DNA from: Gammaproteobacteria bacterium
GTDB lineage: Bacteria; Pseudomonadota; Gammaproteobacteria; JABDGN01
DNA: 49,139 nt
NCBI GenBank assembly: GCA_009692385.1
Contig: SHZH01000001.1
Span: forward strand, 1-49,139
Direction: 5' to 3'
The notes below the pieces were generated by a model. That model saw only the letters and a list, made by a program, of their open reading frames with translations. It was not told where the DNA came from and searched no databases. The translations under genes and the position numbers were made by a program. Shown here piece by piece: positions 43,535 through 49,139 of this stretch (its first letter is position 1; the number at the start of each line of letters is the position of its first letter).

Positions 43535-44656
43535 TTAGCTCAATGCCTCATCGTATAATTTAAATAATTTTTCAAAATGCTGCTCTTCGTCAAACATCAT
43601 ATCAGCTTTTAATTTACCTTGTTGAGCGAGTTGTTCTCGTACTTGCGGGTGATCGATCAAATATTTAATTTGCGTAGCGAGATCCGTGGGATCTCCGGTC
43701 GAGAATAGTAGGCCGGTTTCTTGATGGGTAATAATTTCAGGTACGCCGCCTGCATTGCTACCGATAACAGGTATCTGACAGCGCATTGCTTCGACCAGTA
43801 CCAAACCGAAGGTTTCTTGATTGGTCGTCAAGACCAGTGCATCTAAAGTACCCATCACCCGCATCGGTTCTTCAATAAAATCAATAAAACATACATAAGG
43901 GGTCAGCTGTTTATCCTGACATAGCTGGATCAAGTCTGCCAGGTAAGCAGGGGTCATCACATGCCCGGCAATAATTAACTGCACGGGATAATTTTGTTGG
44001 TGGAGTATCGATAAACATTCAATGGCTAAATGTTGGCCTTTGGCATGCTCGATGCGCCCCAAGACACCCATGGTAAATAAATCGGGATTTAAATGATATT
44101 TTTTAAAAAAATCGGTGCGTTTTATAGGGTTTTTAGGTGCCTTGGCTACACCCAAATATAAATGTTGGATCTTACTTGCAGAGAGGGGTAATAAGGTTTT
44201 AGCTTCAGTGAGGATACGTTTCGTAACGGTTAAATACCGATCAATTTGTGCATAGAAGTAGCGATGATAAAGATCATGTTTACTATGGCGAATGTCCATG
44301 TGACGTGTAAAAAATAGTTTGGGTTTATGGTGACTCAACATTTTTGCCAGAACGGCCAAAGGCAGATCTTTATTCCAGTGGATATGCAAAATATCCGGTT
44401 TTTGGTGGTCAATTAATCGCGCAATTTTCTTTGCGGTGGCTAAGGGAAAAGCACGTAGCCTAGGAGAAGGTACTAAGGTTAATTTTTCCCAGAAGCTGCT
44501 CACCTGAGTGCTTAAAAAAGTATCTTTTCCCAAGATCACATGATGATTAATTCGTTTATTTTGATAAAATCGAATGGAGCGCGCAACATGGAGTTCCAAG
44601 CCTCCATGACCCTCCGATAGACATAATGTTAATAGCTTTATATTTCTCACCCGCAT
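43535..44656 (-). CDS. GT4-family glycosyltransferase (LPS core/O-antigen type)
   Basis: Motifs GG.E near the N-terminus (SEGHGGLELHV) and an E..G....EAM-type C-terminal motif (ETFGLVLVEAM). The start at MRVRNIKLLTL is preferred over the long track extension to 44839. Confidence 0.8.
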   Translation of the reverse strand: MRVRNIKLLTLCLSEGHGGLELHVARSIRFYQNKRINHHVILGKDTFLSTQVSSFWEKLTLVPSPRLRAFPLATAKKIARLIDHQKPDILHIHWNKDLPLAVLAKMLSHHKPKLFFTRHMDIRHSKHDLYHRYFYAQIDRYLTVTKRILTEAKTLLPLSASKIQHLYLGVAKAPKNPIKRTDFFKKYHLNPDLFTMGVLGRIEHAKGQHLAIECLSILHQQNYPVQLIIAGHVMTPAYLADLIQLCQDKQLTPYVCFIDFIEEPMRVMGTLDALVLTTNQETFGLVLVEAMRCQIPVIGSNAGGVPEIITHQETGLLFSTGDPTDLATQIKYLIDHPQVREQLAQQGKLKADMMFDEEQHFEKLFKLYDEALS

Positions 44657-44685
44657 ATAATAGCGCAAAACCATAATGGTCTCCA

Positions 44686-45987
44686 ATGGAAAATAAGTTT
44701 GATATGTCGGAATTAGCAACAACAAACAATCGATGGCAATCCCTCTGGGAGCGCGTAGCTCAATACTTGTTAGTTTTTTTTGCTTTCTGTCTACCGATCG
44801 CCTTAGCCCCGGAAAATATCGGATTTGGTTTAGCGGCATTGGCCGCTATCTTGAGCGGCACGTGGTGGCAACAGCGCCACGCTTTACTGCAAAACAAAAT
44901 GGTTTGGTTGATCCTGCTGCTCGTTATTTTATTTGTCATCGGACTGTTTTACAGTGCCAGCGGTATGGTGTGGCGGTTTCATGTTTTTCGCGAGGAACTC
45001 GCACTATTAGCCATTTTGTTTTTATTACCGATAGCAAAGCGAAATAAAAATTATCAATTACTTTGTTTGCTCGCTTATTTAAGCGGTTCTCTTATCGTAG
45101 TTTTAATCGCCTTTTTAGGTGCGTGGCATCTATTACCAGCGAACTCTATTTTTCAGCATCCTGAGCCTTACTATGTTTTTTTTAAAATCTATGGTGCAAT
45201 GTTCATTGCTTTTGCTGCTTTCATTGCTTTGCATTTTATCAAATTGTATTGGCGACAACCCAAAGTTTGGCTATTTGTGGCAATCTTTTTATTGCTGAGC
45301 TTTAATGTGTTATGGCAGAGTGGATCACGCACTGGCTACCTGCTGTATTTTACTTTATTGTTAGTCTTTGTATTTTTCCAACCTTTTACCTGGAAAGCGC
45401 GTTGCATTTATTTGCTTCTGATTGTATTAGCCTCTGTATTGATCTATCTTTACTCACCAAATTTGCATCAGGGACTTGATCGCGCCTTTAAAAATGTTTC
45501 AACGGCAAATGCGGTGTTAGCAACTGATATTCCCATTCAACAAAGTACCATTGATGGCTCGACCTCGATACGTTTGCGTTATTTGCGTAATACCTTTGAG
45601 TTATGGGTATTAAATCCCTTATTTGGCAATGGCACCGGCGGCTTTCGTGAGGCAGATATCGAATTAGGAGGTGTTACGGCGGGGGGTGGAATTTCCACAG
45701 CACTATCCGCACAAACGTCGCCAGAGCAAACGTATGCTCGAGTTTTGGTGGAACACGGTTTAATGGGCTTAGCCGTACTGTTAGCATTATGGGGTATACA
45801 GATATATTATAGTTTTAAACTATCGGATAAAATGTTTGCTAATTTGGCCTTAGGTTTTATGACCATGATGATCTTTGGATCGTTTAGTCAGGATTTATTA
45901 CGTGATGAATCGCCGCGTTTATTTTATATTTTCTTCAGCGCTTTGTTTTTTGCGCCTATCATTTTTAAAACTCGTACTGAGTCTTAA
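44686..45987 (+). CDS. O-antigen ligase/polymerase-family (Wzy_C) membrane protein, paralog 1
   Basis: 433-aa polytopic protein with a periplasmic loop carrying LFGNGTGGFRE. Colinear with the next gene. Confidence 0.75.
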   Translation: MENKFDMSELATTNNRWQSLWERVAQYLLVFFAFCLPIALAPENIGFGLAALAAILSGTWWQQRHALLQNKMVWLILLLVILFVIGLFYSASGMVWRFHVFREELALLAILFLLPIAKRNKNYQLLCLLAYLSGSLIVVLIAFLGAWHLLPANSIFQHPEPYYVFFKIYGAMFIAFAAFIALHFIKLYWRQPKVWLFVAIFLLLSFNVLWQSGSRTGYLLYFTLLLVFVFFQPFTWKARCIYLLLIVLASVLIYLYSPNLHQGLDRAFKNVSTANAVLATDIPIQQSTIDGSTSIRLRYLRNTFELWVLNPLFGNGTGGFREADIELGGVTAGGGISTALSAQTSPEQTYARVLVEHGLMGLAVLLALWGIQIYYSFKLSDKMFANLALGFMTMMIFGSFSQDLLRDESPRLFYIFFSALFFAPIIFKTRTES

Positions 45988-45990
45988 GCT

Positions 45991-47265
45991 ATGATGCGAT
46001 TCAATTACTTTCGTGACCACTGGCGTCGATTCACGTTGAGTGTTACCTTTTTGCTATTTATTCTATTTGGATTTTGCTTACCGATTGCTTTAGCACCACA
46101 AAACATGGGTTTTGGATTGGCTGTGTTTGCGGCATTTATTTCGGGTGAATGGTGGCGACAACGTAAAATCTTGTTAAACAACAAAATGATTTGCGTATTA
46201 CTGCTGTTAATTAGTTTATTTGCAGCGGGTATTTTTTATGGCGATAGCACTTTTTTATGGAAATTAAAAGTATTTAAAAAAGAGCTCGGCCTCCTCACGA
46301 TTGTTTTTCTACTGCCGATTGTTGTTCCTACTTTAAGCTATTTACGTATCTGTTTATACGCTTATATTATTGGCTGCTTAGTCGTTGTGGCGATCGCTTT
46401 TCTGGGTCACTATGCACTATTGCCTCATTGGCATGTGTTCCAGAATCCGGGACCCTATTATGCGTTTTTTAAAATCTATGGTGCTATGTTAGTCACATTC
46501 GGTGCATTTATTAGCTTTCATTTACTTTGCCAAAATTGGTCGAATAAATTAAAATGGTGTTGCTTATTATTAATTTTTATTTTATTAAGCTATAACGTAC
46601 TGTGGCAAAGTGATGCTCGCACCGGTTATTTGGAATATATCGCATTAGCTGTCGTTTTTTTATTGTTTTATCCATGGCGACGATTATTTAAGATAGTAGC
46701 CATTTTATTAGTTATTATTGCTAGTGTTGGTGTTGTGAAATATTCTCAGAATTTTTCAATGGGCATGATGCGTGCTTTTAATAACGTTTCCTTGCAAACG
46801 ATTTTGCATCCTCATACAAGCAATGGAGTCGATGGCTCAACGAGTACGCGTATTGTTTATCTTCATAATTCTTATACACTTTGGAAGCAAGCTCCATTCT
46901 TTGGACATGGTACAGGCGGTTTTAGAGGTGCTGATATTAAAATAGGCGGCGTTTCAGCTGCAGGCGTGATGTCAACCGAAAGCGCAGCACAAACCACTCC
47001 GGAGCAAACCTACGCACGTATTCTAGTTGAGCAAGGTATCGTTGGCTTAACCATTTTACTCGTGCTATGGGGCGTACAATTATTCTACGCGTTTAAATTA
47101 AATAATCCGATGCGTAAAAATCTAGCGATTGGTGTAGTGGTAACTATGTTGCTAGCATCTTTTAGTCAGGATTTATTGAAGGATGAATCACCACGATTAT
47201 TTTATATTTATTTTACGAGTCTTCTGTTTGCGCCTTTAGTACAGCGTAAAGGCAGTGAAACATAG
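45991..47265 (+). CDS. O-antigen ligase/polymerase-family (Wzy_C) membrane protein, paralog 2
   Basis: 424 aa. Shares FCLPIALAP.N.GFGLA, YGAM, FFGHGTGGFRG and SFSQDLL.DESPRLFYI blocks with paralog 1. Confidence 0.75.
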   Translation: MMRFNYFRDHWRRFTLSVTFLLFILFGFCLPIALAPQNMGFGLAVFAAFISGEWWRQRKILLNNKMICVLLLLISLFAAGIFYGDSTFLWKLKVFKKELGLLTIVFLLPIVVPTLSYLRICLYAYIIGCLVVVAIAFLGHYALLPHWHVFQNPGPYYAFFKIYGAMLVTFGAFISFHLLCQNWSNKLKWCCLLLIFILLSYNVLWQSDARTGYLEYIALAVVFLLFYPWRRLFKIVAILLVIIASVGVVKYSQNFSMGMMRAFNNVSLQTILHPHTSNGVDGSTSTRIVYLHNSYTLWKQAPFFGHGTGGFRGADIKIGGVSAAGVMSTESAAQTTPEQTYARILVEQGIVGLTILLVLWGVQLFYAFKLNNPMRKNLAIGVVVTMLLASFSQDLLKDESPRLFYIYFTSLLFAPLVQRKGSET

Positions 47266-47279
47266 ATAAGTAGATAATG

Positions 47280-47349
47280 CCCCCACCCGAGCCCTCCCTT
47301 GTGTACTCTCCCCTAACGGAGACAGGCCACGGGAGGGCTAGGGTGGGGG
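47280..47349. repeat. GC-rich palindromic repeat family member (70 nt)
   Basis: Arms CCCCCACCCGAGCCCTCCC (47280-47298) and GGGAGGGCTAGGGTGGGGG (47331-47349) are a 19-bp inverted repeat with one mismatch. Arm sequence and spacer (GTGTAC, ACAGGC) resemble the dprA copy. Confidence 0.75.
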
Positions 47350-47363
47350 AAAGTGAGAGAAAT

Positions 47364-48914
47364 ATGACTATAAGTTTATTTGAGCAAATTCAAACCATCT
47401 ATCAGCAACATGATAATGCTGTCTTATTAAATTTACTGGATCCGCTTGCTAAGCAACTGCGTAGTACGCACGATTCGGCAGATTTAAAAGTAGCACAGCG
47501 TGCTCAAGCACTTGCAGCTATTCGCCTGCCCGATGATTACTGGCGTATTTTCAAACATATGTACTGGCAGGATGCCGAAGTGCCCGCCGAGTTTCAATTA
47601 GTAGCTGATCAACATCGTGCTCAATTAGAAAAACAGCAGGGTGTGCCAGGAATGAGTGAGCAGAATATTTGGCTCTGGGATGATAAAACAGCCCAGCCCA
47701 TGGTGGTTCTGAACCAGCACAGCAAAAAGCGTTATCGTAGTAAATGGCGACAATTAGAACAACTATGGCGTGTGTTGTGGGCATTGCCAAAGATTGGGTG
47801 GCGTTATCGAAAAATAGTACGCCAAAGCTTTAAAAATTCTGTTTTGCTACAAAACCGTATTGGCATTGCTTTGCAAGTTGAGCACGCCGAACACGAGTTA
47901 CCGTTGCTAGCCCAACTGCAAAATATTCCGGTGCTATTACGTTTGGCTTGCCATGAAACAGCAACGCAATGGCAACTAACGATTGAGCTTATAAATAAAT
48001 TATATCAGCAAGGAAACCAAGTAGCCGTTGCTTTACTGCAAGATCGCGAGGCCGTGTTAGCTCCCCAAAAATGGCGTGCTTTTTTACAGTTTGTTATACC
48101 AAAAATTTATGATAAAACAGAATGGCTTGAAGTTGGACATGCCATTAATCGAGTGAAATGGGGTATTTGGGAGGCGGCTGAATATTGTCAATTAGTGGCG
48201 ATAGCATTTGAATTCAAGACACAATACCCCAAATTACGTTTTGTCGGTCCTGCAGTGATCGATTTCGAATGGTATCGGGTGATCGATGCGCTACGTGCGT
48301 TGCCGAAAAAAATTCATTTTTATGGATTATCGCAACATCTTTATGTCGATCGCCGTGGCGCCCCTGAAAATCACCAAGGAAAATTTTCAACCTTAGAAAA
48401 ATGTGCGATGGGTAAAGCAATGGCAAGCACACTCGATTGTAATGGCCGTTATATTATTTCGGAAATGAATTGGCCTCTGAAAGATACGGGGATTTGGTCA
48501 CCAATTGGTTCGCCGTATACCGCGCCGGAATGGTTTCGTGATCGCCCGGGTGTGACTGAAGAAGAATATGCCAATTACCTAATTCGTTATCTTGCAATTT
48601 GCGTATGTTCCGGTCATGTTGAACAAGTATTCATTTGGCGGTTAGCAGCGCATGGCTTTGGATTGGTGGATGATCGCGATCAATGGCGCTTACGACCGGC
48701 ATTTTTTGCGTTACAAAAATTCATTAAGATCCTAGGCAATGCAACTTTTGTTGAACGCTTGTCCAGCGATAAAAATGTTTATTTATTAAAGTTTATTGTG
48801 GATAAAAAAGAAATAATATTAGGTTGGACGACGCAGGGTACTTGCTATTTTGATCTACCTTTTGTAAAGAATATTATTTTGAGTGAAAAGCCAGAATATT
48901 TCTTTTCCATTTAA
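47364..48914 (+). CDS. Hypothetical protein, possibly TIM-barrel glycosidase-like, in the LPS/glycan locus
   Basis: 516 aa from Met30 of the track ORF (the first 29 codons are repeat sequence). An alternating strand/helix pattern with WLEVGHAIN and YIISEMNWP loosely resembles clan GH-A acid/base and nucleophile strands. The functional call is weak. Confidence 0.5.
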   Translation: MTISLFEQIQTIYQQHDNAVLLNLLDPLAKQLRSTHDSADLKVAQRAQALAAIRLPDDYWRIFKHMYWQDAEVPAEFQLVADQHRAQLEKQQGVPGMSEQNIWLWDDKTAQPMVVLNQHSKKRYRSKWRQLEQLWRVLWALPKIGWRYRKIVRQSFKNSVLLQNRIGIALQVEHAEHELPLLAQLQNIPVLLRLACHETATQWQLTIELINKLYQQGNQVAVALLQDREAVLAPQKWRAFLQFVIPKIYDKTEWLEVGHAINRVKWGIWEAAEYCQLVAIAFEFKTQYPKLRFVGPAVIDFEWYRVIDALRALPKKIHFYGLSQHLYVDRRGAPENHQGKFSTLEKCAMGKAMASTLDCNGRYIISEMNWPLKDTGIWSPIGSPYTAPEWFRDRPGVTEEEYANYLIRYLAICVCSGHVEQVFIWRLAAHGFGLVDDRDQWRLRPAFFALQKFIKILGNATFVERLSSDKNVYLLKFIVDKKEIILGWTTQGTCYFDLPFVKNIILSEKPEYFFSI

Positions 48915-48936
48915 CTCAGCTCCTCATTTTAAATGC

Positions 48937-49139
48937 TTAGTTGAGCACAAACGTAATTTGCCCGCAATATTTAATGATGCCTTTGCAATTAACTAACATT
49001 TCACCATCAACTTCTGCATCAATGTTATCGGCGTTGATCAGTATCGTAGTCGCTTTTATGGCAGTTGTAGGATACGGTTTATGAGAAAAGCGACGCCACA
49101 TCAAATTAATTAGATCCCAATGATGTCTGATTTTAATTA
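48937..49139 (-). CDS. C-terminal fragment of a diacylglycerol/lipid-kinase-family (YegS/LCB5-like) protein, 5' end beyond the window
   Basis: Hand translation of the minus strand gives ...LKSRHHWDLINLMWRRFSHKPYPTTAIKATTILINADNIDAEVDGEMLVNCKGIIKYCGQITFVLN, with the stop at 48937-48939. The ..D.DGE....I.. tail is typical of this family. Confidence 0.45.
   Translation of the reverse strand, partial: IKIRHHWDLINLMWRRFSHKPYPTTAIKATTILINADNIDAEVDGEMLVNCKGIIKYCGQITFVLN

Noticed and set aside
43535-44839. Long (434-aa) version of the GT4 gene overlapping the divergent ligase gene
   Set aside because: The first ~61 codons have no GT4-like sequence and overlap the opposite gene's start. The canonical GT4 N-terminus begins at MRVRNIKLL (44656).
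47277-47363. N-terminal 29 codons of the 545-aa track ORF
   Set aside because: The sequence is the GC-rich palindromic repeat, not normal coding sequence. The downstream ATG at 47364 begins the compositionally normal gene.

Overview
This 49.1-kb window looks like an AT-rich (roughly 40% GC by eye) gammaproteobacterial chromosomal backbone. Gene order resembles Pseudomonas or Legionellales, but that taxonomic guess is weak. All calls rest on motif recognition in the supplied translations and on reading the DNA by eye; no alignments or searches were run. Recognisable content, in order: a thioesterase and a racemase-like gene; rsmG-parA-parB; lptM-lysA-DUF481 OMP-acyltransferase; dprA-topA; queF; potABC plus two potD; surA-pdxY-rsmA-apaH; a SPOR protein and argS; rubredoxin, acyl-ACP desaturase and a NadR-like ATPase; DUF378; priA; lptD; amgK-murU-lepB; queE-folE-queD-queC; spmA/spmB-like genes; an ABC importer without a binding protein; an esterase; a five-gene secreted lipoprotein operon; a GT4 glycosyltransferase; two tandem O-antigen-ligase-like genes; a large unknown protein; and a partial lipid-kinase-like gene. 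I recognised no rRNA, tRNA, CRISPR array, transposase or integrase. Three things stand out. (1) A tightly packed operon of four lipoproteins plus one secreted protein (COG3014-like, YcfL-like, LpoB-like, second YcfL-like, TsaP/FlgT-like) may encode an uncharacterised envelope complex. (2) A family of GC-rich palindromic elements shares a CAYCCTAACCCTYCCC-type core; copies sit in-frame inside dprA and parB and exactly at gene junctions (queD/queC, surA/pdxY, ligase/unknown gene). (3) There are signs of gene decay and displacement: a Fic/DUF4172 remnant with two orphan 27-bp palindromic operators, a possible VapC tail remnant, and pdxY occupying the canonical pdxA slot of the surA operon. Two sub-60-aa genes missing from the ORF track were found by hand: lptM and rubredoxin.
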